A DNA stretch of 64,000 bases. Source: the human T2T-CHM13v2.0 reference genome, Homo sapiens. Shown one piece after another: positions 26,752 through 41,590 of the stretch. Every line of letters begins with the position of its first letter. The stretch's first letter is position 1. The DNA lies in assembly GCF_009914755.1 (NCBI RefSeq), contig NC_060938.1. One strand, written 5' to 3'. The notes beneath the pieces are model-generated. The model was not told where the DNA came from. It ran no database searches and saw only the letters and a program-made list of their open reading frames with translations. Both the position numbers and the translations under genes were made by a program.

Positions 26752-27857
26752 TTCTCTATCTCAGCCTCCTCAAGCCACTCACAGCTTTTCCCAGGGAGCA
26801 TGAAAAGGCATTGAGACACAGACTTTCCTTGATGCTTGAATGACAATAATGGGTCATTTACTCAGTTAATAGCAGGTCTGTTGGCTAATGACAGAGAACC
26901 CCTCAATAATGGTGGCATCAATAAGATAGGCACTTATTTCTCTGTCACATCAAAGGTAACCATCTCACAGTTGGCATGGTGGCTCCACAAAATCAGTAAG
27001 GACCCAGATCCTTCCTGTTCACCCTAGTGTAGCAGTCATGCTAGAGGTTCAAGAGGGACTTCTGTGATCAATGCAGATGCCTCCCAGGCCAGTAGCAGGA
27101 GGAAGGAGAGACAAGGCGTATACCTCTTCCCTTCAAGAACATTTCTGCTTATATCTCATTGGCCAAAACTTAGTCATGTAACTATACCTAGCTGCAAGAG
27201 AGGCTTGGAATGTATCTTTCGGCTAAATACACCTAGCTAAAATTCAGGGTTCTTGTGGTCTCCACTAAGAAAAAAAGTGTCGTTACTAATGAAGAAGAAA
27301 GGAAGAGGGATTAGAAGGCAAGTTGTGATCTCTGCCACAGGTCACCCTGTAATCTGGTGTAGATTCAGGGCAGAAGAGTCACTGGCCAGAATCTCAAATG
27401 TCCCAATAAGAATTTGGTAATTCTGTGATAGTCTGCATTCCAGCCAGATGAATGAATTCCAGTTTGGCAGAAACATTCGCTTCACAGAACAGCATCCAGG
27501 GGCTTGTAGATTGTGGCTGCATCCAATATTGGATGAATAGAAGAGTTAGGCTACCCTTCTGAATAAGTCAATGCTCTATCTTGGCCCTATGAAGTCTTCC
27601 TAGGCTGTTAGATGTTTGTTTAATTGTGGAGCATGTAATTTCCCTGTGAGGCTGCGATGATTGGGTCTCTAACCATGCTAATGAAATAATACTTGTTAAA
27701 GTCTCCTTTTATTATTTTGTTTTTCCATGCAATTCTCCTTCCTTTGATCTCCAAATGTGTAAAAGTAGAGTTCAGAGATCTCTGTGACTTCAAAAATTCC
27801 TTCAATCTTCCCTCTCATTTTATTGTCTCCAAACTCTTTGAAAATAAATTGAGGGAT

Positions 27858-28179
<322 letters not shown>

Positions 28180-28974
28180 TTATGCTCCAATTTATTCTGT
28201 AAATGATGTTGGGTGGCTTATTTTGTAGTATTCTTCAACATAATATTCTCCATGAAGGGATTTGTATGTTACAGAGAGTTATACCTAATTTCTTCTTTTG
28301 TCTTGAAGAACTGGATATCAAGAAATAACTACCAAAAGAGATAATTTATAGACTTTTGCTTTTTGGTCATTAAGACAATAATTATTTGTTGATTTTAGTT
28401 GGTAGGTTAAAAAAAATCTATGTACAGAATTTGTTACGGGTTATTCTTCATTTTCCAGGTTTTCTGTGTGTTCTTTTTCTTTTTAAGATAAGTAACCTGA
28501 TCTTACTTCATCCTTTGGTAAAAAGATTGTCCAAAGCTAGCAGAAGTCATTATTTTTTATATAATATCTTCAGAACAAGATTCCATTAGTGTTGACGAGG
28601 CAGTGTTTAATGTTTCTGTTTCATGGGTCATGCACTCTAGTCAAATCAAAGCACTTAGGTTTTGCTTTATCCAATAGGATATCAGTGATCTCAAGGAGCA
28701 TATTTACACAGGTAGTCCTAAAATTGCATATGACACCTTGACACAAAGTAAGATTTGTTCAGAATGTGGGGGAAGTGGGCATCAGCAACGGGAATAAAAT
28801 AAGGTATTTTCCAAGATGAACAATAATAATAAAGTGAGATGGTATGTCAAGAAAGGATAAGAAGAGAAATGAATGTGGGATAGGATTTGAAGGGGGAGGG
28901 GAGCACACATGGAGAAAGAGGTATGGCAGAGACAAAGAAACCATCTCGCAATCTGCCTAGGAACAGAACTCTAC

Positions 28975-29057
28975 TCTCAAACCCTGGCCTCAAGGGATCC
29001 TCCCACCTTGACCTTTCAGAGTGCTGGGATTACAGATGTGGGCCACCATGCCCAGCC
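28975..29057 (-). mobile_element. Tailless Alu 5' fragment (J-like, ~83 nt)
   Basis: Only the first ~83 nt of Alu, no polyA, flanked by a 17-bp direct repeat agaactctactctcaaa. Confidence 0.85.
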
Positions 29058-29378
29058 AAGAACTCTACTCTCAAAATGTTTATGTTCCAGATTTATAAAA
29101 GAAATCAGTTAATAAGTTTGTTGTACTTCATTTAGAATAACACTGGTGAACTAATTGTCATATTTAGAGATTAGGCATGGCAATCCCTCCCATTTGGCAT
29201 GATAGATGTGTCCCTGAGGAATTATGAGTAAAGTAGATCGTTGTGACTCAAACTTTAATTTCAAATAGAGTGGGGAGGAATGGCTATTTACAGCAATGCT
29301 GGATTAAGTGACACTGAAAAGCCAAGCCTCCCACTATAGTGTCTCTGTAGTATAATACGCTGAGGTGGTCACAGTTAA

Positions 29379-29795
<417 letters not shown>

Positions 29796-30712
29796 TAACC
29801 CCACACTTCATCTAGCGTGAGTCTAAGGCGCATGTCATGTGACCACTCTTTCCTAGAGAGGGATAAAACCAGTAATGACAGGAGAGCATCTTAAAGATTA
29901 GGCAGAAGTTCATTTCTAACGTGTCTTTCCCTTCTCCAGCATAAAATAATAGAATGAATTAGATCCTCTTTCCCATGTAGAATTAAAACCTAACAACACA
30001 ACACAAAAAAAAAAGCAAAACAGGCTCATGGTTAAATTCCAGTGAGAGAAATTAGAGAACACATAAAATATATCAGCGCACTAGTTCCCCTCCCTGTCCT
30101 CATGGAAACGTTTTTCTTATTTGGTTTTTAATTTTTTCTGTCCTGGTTCAGGTTCTAAGGCTAAATGTCCGTATTTTGGGTCTAACACTTCTAGTTATCC
30201 TTGCACGTTATAAGTTTTTTCTTCTTTATACTTTATTGAATTTTTTTCCTGCAAACACAAAAGTCACACCTTGCCTCCCTAAGAAGTCAAACAACAAAGA
30301 GGTTTAATGAAAGTTCATAGTCTATGTGTTTCTTTTTTTCCTCTCCCTCCCCAGACCTAACCTGACAGCTTTGCTGTAAGCTGGGGCTAATTCATCTGGA
30401 ACCAAGACTTTAAATTCAAACCCTTCGTTGGTAGTTTTCAGATGAAAACCTTGGCCAATATGCTGTCGTTATTAATAGATAGCTATGGCACGGTGGCAAA
30501 GTAAATTTCTGTTAACCATCAAAACTTTACTGCCCCAGAAGTAAAATGCCTTACCCAAGAATTCTATGAAATGCAGCTCAGACACATATCTCATTGTACT
30601 AAGCTAAAACTACAACCTTCTTCCAAATGCCCTTTTAAAACTAGAATATTTTTCCTATTTTCTCCATACCTAATTCAGCACCTGGGCAATCCAGCTGTCC
30701 TTTGGAGTCTGA

Positions 30713-30922
30713 CAGGGTCAATAAAATTTGGCTCATGGGCCAAAGCCAGCCCACTGCCTATGTTTATAAAGAAAGTTTTATTAGAACACACTCATTTACA
30801 TATTGTCTATGGCTGCTTTCACTCTAAAACAGCAGAGTAGGGTGGTTGTAACAGAGACCATATGGCCCACAAAGCTAAAATATTTATTCTCTGGTGTTTC
30901 ACAGGAAGTTCACTGACCCCTG
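30713..30922 (+). mobile_element. MER58A (hAT-Charlie MITE)
   Basis: cagggtca...tgacccctg termini; aaagttttattagaacac...acagagaccatatggcccacaaagc. Confidence 0.85.
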
Positions 30923-30927
30923 GTCTA

Positions 30928-31111
30928 CAGCGATGGTTCTCAGCTCATCTGTGCGTTCCCAACACCCAGAGAGCTCTATAAAAGGACCAATTACCGAACC
31001 ACACCCAAACCAATTAAATTAGAATCTCCTGGGGTATGATTCAGGCATCAGTATTTTTTAAAAAGAATTTTTCAGTTCATTCCGATGTATAGCCAAGGTT
31101 GAGAACCACTG
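30928..31111. mobile_element. MER5-family MITE
   Basis: ...ggttctca / ttgagaaccactg termini, aaattagaatctc core. Confidence 0.75.
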
Positions 31112-34100
31112 TCCTATGGGAAGGAGTTTACTTCTGCTAAGTCTCATCAGGTATGTGCTAGAGAGTGAAGAGAGAGCTCTTCTTTCTCTACAAGTAAGAT
31201 GAGCAAATACCCATGGACATTTTCCCATTATCCTAAATCTCCTTTGTAAAATTTGATGCCTAGTAATGGACCACAGGATTTAATCAGCTCCTGCTCTTCT
31301 TTCAACAGCCTTAATTCTTCTTCTTTCTTCATGACTGAGATCACTAAAGCGACCTTACCGTGCTCCTTTGCCATCTTCCTCTTCTCCTCTTTTCTTGCTT
31401 CTTCTTTTTCACTCTCTTGCTGAAAAAGCACAAAGCAACAGGTGGGCACAATACCTGCTGAGAGAAGTAAGGTGGCCCATGGATTGTCAAATCAGAAAGG
31501 GTCATTCAGTTCTTTTTGAGGGAGAGGAGGTTCTGCCCATGGGCCTTCTGGAAAATACCACTTTGACTTTTGAGGTGGTCCAACTATGATAAAAGTCTGT
31601 GAAGCTTTACTGTGGTTGATGTTTTCTGTTAATATTCAGCATCCCCAGTTACTGTTCCTGAAGGAGGATATGATGTGCTCATGGGTGATGAAAACTGACA
31701 GCAGAAGAAAGATAATAGAAATAGAGCTTTTCAGAAATAGTTTAGACTTTTATCATCCCTCACCTGAATTACTGACTGCAAGGGGCTCCTATTTGCTGTC
31801 TGCAATTCCATCTCAACACATCTCCATCCCGCCATCAATTACCTTCCATATTCCTTCCAAATATAATGTTCTAAAAGAAAATCTAATTACATTCCTCTTT
31901 ATTGAAAATCAGCTCATGATTCCCCATCACCAGTAAAATAAAATTCAGGCCCTTTAGCAGTGTATACAAAGTTCCTGTGACCCCTGTCATCTCTTCAGCT
32001 TCATTCCTGCTCTCTTTTCTGCATGCCATATAGAACAACTTTTAATTCTTTTGATGGGAATTTCAAATGCCTAGAACATCCAGTCTCCTTTGCCCCTCTA
32101 CCTTGCTGCTTTACTTACCTTACTTTACTTAACACTTGACTGCATTGACTCATTAAAGATTCAGATCAAATTATTAGGTCCTTTAAAAAGTTTTCCTAGA
32201 CCCGCATCATAAGGTTGGATTTTTGCTGTTTGTTCAGTTGTTCATTCATTTACTTATATAATAAATACTTTACTGAGAGCTTTCTAAATTGCAAGGGCTT
32301 GTTAGGTTCTAAAGAGATGGAGATAGACAAAAACATGATTCTTGCTCTCAAAAATCCCTGACCTAGTTGAAGACTACAAAAAAATTGAACAAGGCCTATT
32401 ATTGACGCAAACAAGGTATCCAAGAAGCATAGTTACCAAATGTGATCAGAAAGAAGCCAATACCACACTCTGATTGCCCTTTGAAGAGACACAAATAAAT
32501 CAATACTAAAAAAGAAGCAAAGCATGAACCTGATAAACTGGGTGTGAGTAGTTGCCTTCCTAGGTGATCTTCACATTCAAATCTCTGAATCCCACTTGAT
32601 GTCATTGGACCTTACATTGTTAGAAATACAGCAGCATCCTGTATTTCAGCATTTGTTCTGTACCTCAGAGCCAGGCAGGCTTGCTGTGGTGAAGTGACAG
32701 ATTATTTTTAGTTGAGCAGTTGGATAAAGTGTTGACTGTGTTGACACGGTTGTCAGCTAGCTGGTTTAGGGCTTGGTTATCTGCCTTTAGAAGTCTTTTC
32801 AAGGCTTTTGAGCATTCAGGCTTCCCCACCTACTTTCCATACATGATCCTTCAGCAGGAAGGGGCTTCTCTCTGAAGATCCCAGGCTTGTGATTTTCCAG
32901 TGAGAGTAGTGACCTCTTCAAGCTATAAAGGATAGAAATGGCTTTATATACGTCTGGCAGAACCTACTGCAACTGAGGTGGCAAAGAATAGGACTCTTAA
33001 GAGGAGGATTTGGGGACACAGCTGGAATTGAAGTTGTTGAGGGTCCCTTAAGCAGGCGGTGGCCTTATCCCTCATGTGACCCCCAGAATAAATTATGCTG
33101 CATAGAGTAGCCCTACTCTATGAATAACATAGTTACATGAATAGCATGTTTGTTTTTTAAGCCTTCTTGTTTTCTATCCCTTTACATCACAGACCCTGGG
33201 AGATTTGGGCTAAGTGAACCAATTATCTGTTCATAAGCCTCGGGCATATATAAATTATACTCTCAGCCTCTTTGTATTTCTTTGTTAGGATTTCATTCAA
33301 GGACAGAGGGTAAAGAGAAATAAAAGGAAATTGGGAAGAGAGTTAGGGGAAGGGGGAGAGAGGGGCTGTGGACTGTGACACCTGGATGAATGAAACAGCA
33401 ATAGACTCACACTAACACTGACCAAAGACAAAATGAAAGAAACCTTGTCCTTAGAGCACAAGAGGAGGGAACATGCACAAAAGTAAAGGACAGCAGGGCT
33501 TCAGTAAATCTGTTTATTCATCATTGTATTAGGACTCTTTGAGTTTCTAATAATAGGAATCTCAACCAAGCTAGCTTAAGCAGAAAGAGGTACTGATTAT
33601 AAAAGATACAGGATGTCTCAATCCAAGAGCAGAAATGTGGCTAGATAGGCAGTGGAAGTGAGAACTGGAAGGCCATTGAGAACTGCGAGTGCTCCGTCAC
33701 CTGTCTCTGCTCCTCTCTCTGTGTCTGCCTCTTCCTTTTCCTGGGAAGAAGGGATTTTTAGCTGCCAGGTCCATATAGCAGGCACAAGATGGCTGCCCAT
33801 GGTTCCCAGGATCACAACTCATAGTTCCAGCTCCATGAAAAAAGAGATGGCTTGATTCAATCCTTTTCAGTCTCCATAGCACGTAGTCCTAGAGCGCCAT
33901 CTCTGTTCCAGCAAGAATGAGCCCTCTCCAGCTTCAATCAACTGACATTCAAATTGAACTCCATTATACAGACATAGCCCCTAGGAATTAACCTGCCCAT
34001 GTAGAGGAATGGGAATGGGAATGGGAATCATTGTAAGCTGGAAAGATGCTCTTTGGCAGGAGATGCTATTAATATTATGAAAAATAATGTAAATTTAAGA

Positions 34101-35149
34101 GTAAAAGATATAAGATGCAAGGCAAGAGCATGGGTAAAATGATTGCTTCTTAACTAATTGGCTGCTCCATAAATTGACCCCACAGAAAAATGTCTCATTT
34201 CTCCCATATACTCCCAACAGACCTTTCCAAGTGATTCCTTTTATCGTTCTAAAAGTGTGCTATGCAAAGTGTCACCTCTCTGGTTATTCTGGGTTTCTGA
34301 CTGAGAATACCCTTCCCTCTTATTTCTTTGCCTCTCCCAATCTTATTCCTCCTTTAGGGGTCAGCTCAAGTTCCTACTTGTTCATGAATCTCTTTTTCTA
34401 TTCTGACCATATTTACTAATCAATTTACTAATTAGTTTCATCTTCATCAAATCAATTTTTCCACCTAGACTACATAGTCCTTTTCAAAGACCATGTTGTC
34501 TACTTGTTTGCATCTTTCATGGTACTGGGGTACACAAGCATTTTGTAAAAGCTTTTTTCAGTAGACAGCTTTAAATTTGTGTATTAAGAGTGTCATATAA
34601 CAAAACATTACTATATTCCCCATGACATTCCCAGTTACATTTATGGACTTGGAGATTCCAAGCATGAATGTAACTGGACAAATAAAGCTGTGGTAATGGG
34701 GAAGTCAAATTAAATATTTTTTAAAAGGATGGAATTAGTCATTTTAAAGAAAGATAAATTGTTTCATATCATTGTATGATCATAAATATCTAGCATTTAT
34801 AGTGTGCCTTCTGTTTAAAACACTTTAACATATAAAAAGAACAGACTGACTTTCACAACGAGGACAAATATGTATAAATTAGTGAGCCAAATATGGACAT
34901 TTCTAATGATTAAGTCATCTTTATGATGATTATGATAATAGATTGAAATTGAACTTCATGGAACCCTGTAGTGAGAAATGGTCCAGTTAGACGCCATCCT
35001 TGGAACTAGAGAGAGGACATATATTCTAGGTTTAGGACATTTTAAGTATTTTTCCAGCATTTGAGCTGAGAGTATCCCTTCCCTAAAATGCTTGTGTTCA
35101 ATTTTATTAGGAAAAATGGAATACAATCCTCCTTCTAGGCCAATTCCAA

Positions 35150-35593
35150 CCTCACCCTATATATCTCTTTATCCAACTCTTCATTTATATCCTTTAAAAT
35201 ATCCTTTGCAATAAGTTGGAAATAGCAAGTAAACTGTTTTCTTGGGTTCTGTGAGCTACTCTAGCAAATTATCCAACCTGAAGAGGTAGTCATGGGAACC
35301 TCTGATTTGTAGCCAAGTTGGACAGAACTTGTGAGTAACCTGGGGGCCTACTGCTTGCTATTGGCATTTGAAATGGGGCAGGGGCAGCCTTGTGAGACTA
35401 AGCTCTTACCTGTGGGATCTGTTTCTGTCTCCACATAGATAGTATCAGAATTGAATTAAATTGTAGGACACACAGGTGGGCCAGAGAATTGCTTGGTGTG
35501 GGAAAACCTACACATCTGGTATCATAAAAGAAGTATGTAGAGTGGTGTGAGTATAGATTAGGAGGAAACAGTTGGATTGTTTTTCTATACACA
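35150..35593 (+). mobile_element. MER21-like LTR, 3' part
   Basis: gggttctgtgagctactctagcaaatt...gatagtatcagaattgaattaaattgtaggacac...gaattgcttggtgtgggaaaacc. Confidence 0.8.
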
Positions 35594-36439
35594 CTTCCCA
35601 TCTCAAGCCTCCATCCAGTATAATCTTTGAAATCCTTTCAAAACACAAATTAAAGTTAAGTCAACCTTAGATGGCTCCATTAATGCGGGCAACCCAACTA
35701 AAGCCATGATTTTATGACTGATACCCTTAATACACAGGCAATTTCCCGTGTGTATAGGCAATGACAGCCTGTGCTTATTTTTTGCCTGATGGCTTGCAAG
35801 CATTTTGCAACATCGATTTTAAGATGTGTCTCAATTTCAGATGTAATGAAGATGGATTATATCTCTACCTTCTGTTTAAATTTGGGGATCTGGTTTTTAT
35901 CCTTACTGACAACTGCTTCATCTTGGCATTGTCAAGCAGTCTTTCTAGAGTAATTCTCCTGTTTTTTTGGAGCCTAGACTCACAGTCCGGTAGCCTTCAT
36001 TGAAGCTGTCTAGAGTACCACCTGCCCCGCCCCGCCACCCCCACAACTCCTTACTTCCCGGTTCTCAGTCCCGGTCTGGTTTGGTGAGGATGCTGGATAG
36101 TAGGATTTCAGCAATTGCTAATCTGGGGAGATCCTTGCTGTGATCAAAAGTGAAGTCCTTCACTTGTGCAGTAGATCCCACCTCTCTAACCAAGAAACCT
36201 CCTCCAGCAGTTTATTCTTCCACCTTCTGTCTATCCTGCATCATCAGTTTTTGATTCTCTACATCATTTCCATTATCATACAAACATGGTGTTATTTCTC
36301 CATCTTAAATAAAATTTGATTTTTTTCTCAATCCCTCCACTTCCCCTTCTAGCAACGGCCTCAATTGTTTACATTTTTTGCAGTATGACTTTGAAAAAAG
36401 TATCTATATCCACCATCTCTAATTTCTCTTTTCCTTTTC

Positions 36440-37860
36440 TTTTGCAAAGTCATTTTTATTCTGGAAATAATCTCAAAGTTACAGAAGAGTTGCATGTGTG
36501 GTGCAAACAATTTTGTTTTCTCCTGAGCCAGTTGAGAATAAGTTGTCAAAAGATGTCCTGTCACCTCTGAATACTGTAATGTGTGTTTTCTACAAGTAAG
36601 GACATTCTTCTACATACTCATAATACAATCATCAGAATCAGGAAATTAACACTGACCCATTACTACCTTCTAACCCTGAGATCCCATTTAAGTATGCAAA
36701 TCATCCCAGTAATGTCCCTTTTAGCGAGAGGACCAAGTTCAGAATCATTTATTGCATTGAGTTGTCCTGTCTGGCACAGTTCTTTAGACTTCCGTGACCT
36801 TCATGACCTTGACACTTTTGGAGATTATAGGCCATTTATTTTTTAGAATGTCACTCAGTTTGGGTTTTTCAGATAATTATAATTAAATTCAGGTAACAAA
36901 ACTTTGGCATTAATATCATAGAACTAATGGAGTATTCATTTCATTGTATTCTATTGGTGGGACATTATCTCAAATTGTTACTGACTGGTAATGTTAAGTT
37001 TCACTACCTGACTAATGTGTTTTCCAGATTTCTCCACACAAACCTATTTGTTTTCTTTTTGAAGTTAAAAAGTATTTGGAATTTGGGAAGGAATTTCCTC
37101 TTTTATTCAGTGGTGTACAGTCTGCTACTATCATCATGTATTTTGATGTTTCCGTTGGCACAGACTGAAAGTGGTTATTGCGTCCTTTTGGCATGCTGCC
37201 CTCATTCTTTGAGCTCTTTCTCAGTTTTTGGCACAGAAAGATGTTCTAAGCTCCCCTTGTTTTCCCTGCCCCAGTCCTGGAATCATCCTTTTTTCCAAAG
37301 AGCACTGGTTCCTGGTTCCTTTGAGAATGGTATTTAGAAACCAAGATCTAGATGCCAAATGTGCTCACTGCTGAAGTGTTGCTGCCCCCCAGGACCTCTC
37401 AGTGGATAGAGCTAGATAATACAGTCATACAATCAGTCTGTCTCTCTCTCTTCCGTTCCCCCCCCCCCATTTATATTTCTTTCTATATCTGTATGTATGT
37501 GTATATGTAACCATAAGTTCTCACTGACACCACCAATTCCTACCCTACACTGCAGGGTTCATTCCAGTTTTCTACTTTCCGTATTTGTAACTCCCTTCAC
37601 CTGCAGTGAGACACCTGGCTCCCCTTATCCTTGTTTGGTCACTGTCTTGTAGGGAACCAAGCTTCCACTCCATGGCCTCCTCTCCCCACATGGATGCCTT
37701 GCACATTCATTCAGGTTCCTATACTCCTTACCAGGTTGGACCTTGCGTAGATGTTCTCCTTATCCTACTTCAGCTCTGATATCCCATCATGAGTCCCTGA
37801 GCTAATATAAAATCCTAACTTGCTTGGTCCTACCTAATCATTTTAAGATTGAATTGTCCA
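36440..37860 (-). mobile_element. L1MC-like 3' region, flanked by L2 (+) pieces at ~36130-36440 and ~37880-38950
   Basis: aaggacattcttctacatactcataatacaatcatcagaatcaggaaattaacactga; gtatttagaaaccaagatct. Confidence 0.75.
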
Positions 37861-38949
37861 GGAAGAAGAAGGAGCAGAAGGCCCATTTACTCTTACACCC
37901 ATTCCAATGAGGCTTTCACACCCACCATTCCACTGAAGCTTCTCTCATCAAGATCACCAATGACTCCAGACGGCTAAATTTAATAGTTACTAGTTTTCAT
38001 CTTATTTGATGTCTTGGCAGCATTTGACATGATTGATGACTCATTGTGCCTTGAAACACTTTCTTTATTTGCCTCTTAGTAATGCCTACTTTCACAGGCT
38101 ACTCCTTTTAATTCTCCTCTAGTTTGTCTTAGGCTCTCCAACTTATTACATTCAAGGGTCCTAGGGTTCATTCATTACTCAGCTCTACTTTCTTGGTGAT
38201 CTTGTTAGTTCCCAAGGCTTAGTGTACCATCTCTAGGACCTTGATTACCAAATTTATAGCTCTAGCCCGATTATTTATCTCAAACTCCAGCATCATACAT
38301 CTCACTAATAGACATTTCAATTTCAATCTGTCTAAAACTGCATTCTTGATCTTCACCCCCAAAAGTCTGTTGCCATAGCCCTACCCAGCTCAACTGACAG
38401 CAAGTTCGTTTTTCATTTGCTTGGTCCAAAAACTTAGAGTTATCCTTAATTTTCCTTTTTTATTCATACTGTGCATCTAATCCATTAGAAAATCCTGGTG
38501 ATTCTACATTCAAATGCTATTTATCCAGAATTAGACTACTTTGTCCCACCTCCACTGCTATTACTCTATTCTGAATCCCTGTTGCCCTTCACTTTGATAA
38601 AGCAGTAGCCTCCAGGGTAGTCTCTGCTTCTACCCTTGACTCCCATAGAGTACTGTTCACAGCACAGCATTCTGAGTGCTTCGTTAGAATTAAGTCAATG
38701 GGTCACCATTTATTTTATTGTAACTTTCATTTTGTAAGTTTCTACCAAAAGATTGATTATTTTCTTAATTAAGCTGAACTATTGCAACCTGTTCCCCAGA
38801 CCCCTCCCTACCATCACCAACACACTCTCTCAATCCCCTTTACCCTGATCTACTTTTTTATTTTCTTATGAACTTACTACCTTCCAACATTCTCTATATA
38901 ACCACTATGTTTCATTGCCTATTCTCACCATTCTCCCACTCAAATACCA

Positions 38950-40280
38950 TATAAGCAATTTGATTATGCTGTGCCTTGGTGTCGTTTGATTTATGTTTCT
39001 TCATTTGGGGTTTCTTGAGTTACTTGAACCTGTGGATTTGCAGTTTTCATTAAATTTGGAAATTTTTCAGCCATTATATCTTCAATTATTTCTTCTTTAT
39101 CTTTCACTCCCCATATCTCTCTGCTTCTTTAGGGACTCCAATTATATGTGTATTAAGTCATTTGAAGTTGTCTCCTATCTCAGTGTGTTTTGTTCATTTT
39201 TTTTTTCAGTCTATTTTCTCTCTGCACTTCATTTTGGATAGTTTCTATTGCTATCTTCAAGTTCACTAATCTTTCTTCTACAGTGGCTAATCTGCTAATT
39301 TTATTCATTGTATTTTTCACCTCATTGTATTTTTTCATCTCTACATATTTGATTTGTGCCTTTTTATATCTTCCATATGTCTTTTTATCATGTGTTGATT
39401 TATTCTACCTTCTTGATCATGTGGACAATATTAACAATTGTTATTTTAACAATATTCATGTCTATAAATCTGCTAATTCTATTCATTGTATTTTTCATCT
39501 CATTGTATTTTTTCATGTCTACATATTTGATTTGTGCCTTTTTATATCTTCTGTATGTCTTTTTATCTTGTGTTGATTTATTCTACCTTCTTGATCATGT
39601 GGACGATATTAACAATTGTTAAAATAACAATTGTTTAAAAATAACAATTGTTACTTTTGTTAAAGTATTTAACAATAGTTAAAATAACAGTTAAGTTACT
39701 TGGAAACATTTTGATCTATTCAAGACTTACTTTTCAACTTTTCAACTTTGATAGGTGGGTCCACAACATTTAACCTGGGGCTATGTGGCATCACTAATGA
39801 AGTAATAACCTTGTTAGGACTCTACTCAATGTCTTGTGTGCTGGGAAGCCTTTCTACTCTGGCCCTATGTGATCTCCAGGATTGTTTTACTTGCTCCTTC
39901 CTGATATTCTTTGCATAGCCTCAAGTGGTTTTCCCCTATGCATGTGCCAATCAGTATTCAGCTAAAGACTCAAGACGAATCCTCCAGAGGCCTTAAGAGC
40001 TTTCTCTCCCCTAGTGTAATTCTTTCTTCTCTGCTATTCTCTCCTCAACTCAGGGAGATTGCTGAACTCTGTCTGGGTACTCCCTCCCTGTGCAGTGGCA
40101 GGCAGTAAGCTGGGGCAACTGTAGAATTTATCTTATCTCTCTTCTCTCAGGGATCACTCCTCTGTGCTGCCTATTGTCTAAAAGTTAAAAATTATTTCTT
40201 CATATATTCTGCCCAGTTTTTAATTTAAGGCAGGAGAGTTTAGTTGGCCCTTATTACTCCATCATAGCCAAAATTGGAAG
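38950..40280 (-). mobile_element. Old L1M antisense fragment containing the tandem duplication
   Basis: tttgattatgctgtgccttggtgt...aatttggaaatttttcagccattatatcttcaa; T-rich antisense L1. Confidence 0.75.
39289..39621. repeat. Tandem duplication (155 bp, period 178) within an old L1
   Basis: 39289-39443 matches 39467-39621 with ~7 mismatches. Confidence 0.95.
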
Positions 40281-41079
40281 TATAGAATGCTGTATAAACT
40301 CTACAGGGACAAGCATCTTTGTATATTTTGTTCCCTGATTATTGCAAGTATCCAGACTACACCTGGCATATTTGATGCTCAGTAAATATTCGTTGCATGA
40401 AATATCTGTCAAAGAAGATTGTGTTTGAGAACTCCTTCATCAATTACTATGAGTGTTGAATATGTGTCAGGCACTGATTATACGGTAGTAAATAACACAG
40501 GTGTGGTTCCTGCCTTTGTGGAGCCCAGAGCCTAAAGGGAAAGGCAAATATTAAATGGCAAATAAACAAACGATGTCCGTAATTATAAACTGTGACAGCA
40601 ATTTATAATTTCTGTGAAAGAGAAGAATGTGAGAAAGTACTCTGAGAGAAAATAATCAGGAAAGTCACTGTGGATGAGGCGATCAGTGAAGGTTCTGCAA
40701 GGAGGTGGTATTTCTGCTGACTTCTGAAGGAAGACGATAAGCCAACCCATTGAGGAGATGAAGAGAACAATATTCTAGGATACTGAATATGTGACACTCT
40801 GAGGCAAAAAAGAACTTGGAGCTTTCAAAAAGTAAAGGAGATATTTGAGAGGGAAGAATGCTACAACATGAAATTGGAGAGAGGGGGAGGCCCAAAACAT
40901 GCAATACCCACAGGCTGTTTTACAAAGTTTTGGTTTTCTACTAATTACAATGAGAAGTTATTGAAGGTTTTAAATAGGAGAATGATAGGAATCCACTTGT
41001 ATTTTAAAAATATCTTTCTAGCTACAGTATGGAGAATACTACTCCTGCATAGTTATGAACACAGGAAGTCATTTAAAAC

Positions 41080-41590
41080 TGAGATAATTAAACATTTTTG
41101 TGCTCTTGACTCATTTGTCTGTCTGCTCAAGCCTATGGTCTCCTACTTAGAATCATGTTTTTAAATTACAAAAGAAACTAATTATATTGACATGAGGGTC
41201 ATTAGAATATTTTTGTAAAACATTTTAAATAATATTCTTTAAAATATTTAAAATATCAATTTTTAAAAATATATGTGATGTAGTTATACATAGGTACTCC
41301 TTTGTTAACTGATTATGTAAGATCTAATAGGTCTACAATCATAAGGTGGATGAACAGAAATGCAATGTTGAGGTGTCTGCAATGAATATAATGTGATTGA
41401 AAGTATCTGGTATCTATCAGTGGCCAAGTCACATGTACTGCTAGGGCTACTGCAGTGTGTTGTCTATATTTATAATGAGAGGAAATGTTAAATTTCCATT
41501 TGAGGTTAGTGAAAAATAAAGATGTAAATTTTTTGTATTATTTGAAGTTCACATACCACCCCCCGAATTTGATCTGTGGAACCCTGGGGT
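41080..41590. mobile_element. hAT-Charlie DNA transposon remnant (family uncertain)
   Basis: aagcctatggtctcctacttagaatcatgttttt...gttagtgaaaaataaagatgtaa resemble Charlie non-autonomous elements. Confidence 0.55.

Noticed and set aside
33892-33910. Second CTCF-like motif (reverse complement GGAACAGAGATGGCGCTCT)
   Set aside because: Only the 3' half matches; the CCAS part is missing.
34006-34029. (GGAATG)x3-4 as a TEAD cluster or satellite
   Set aside because: Short simple repeat within a degenerate LTR-like region; the 6-bp period does not fit TEAD double-site spacing.
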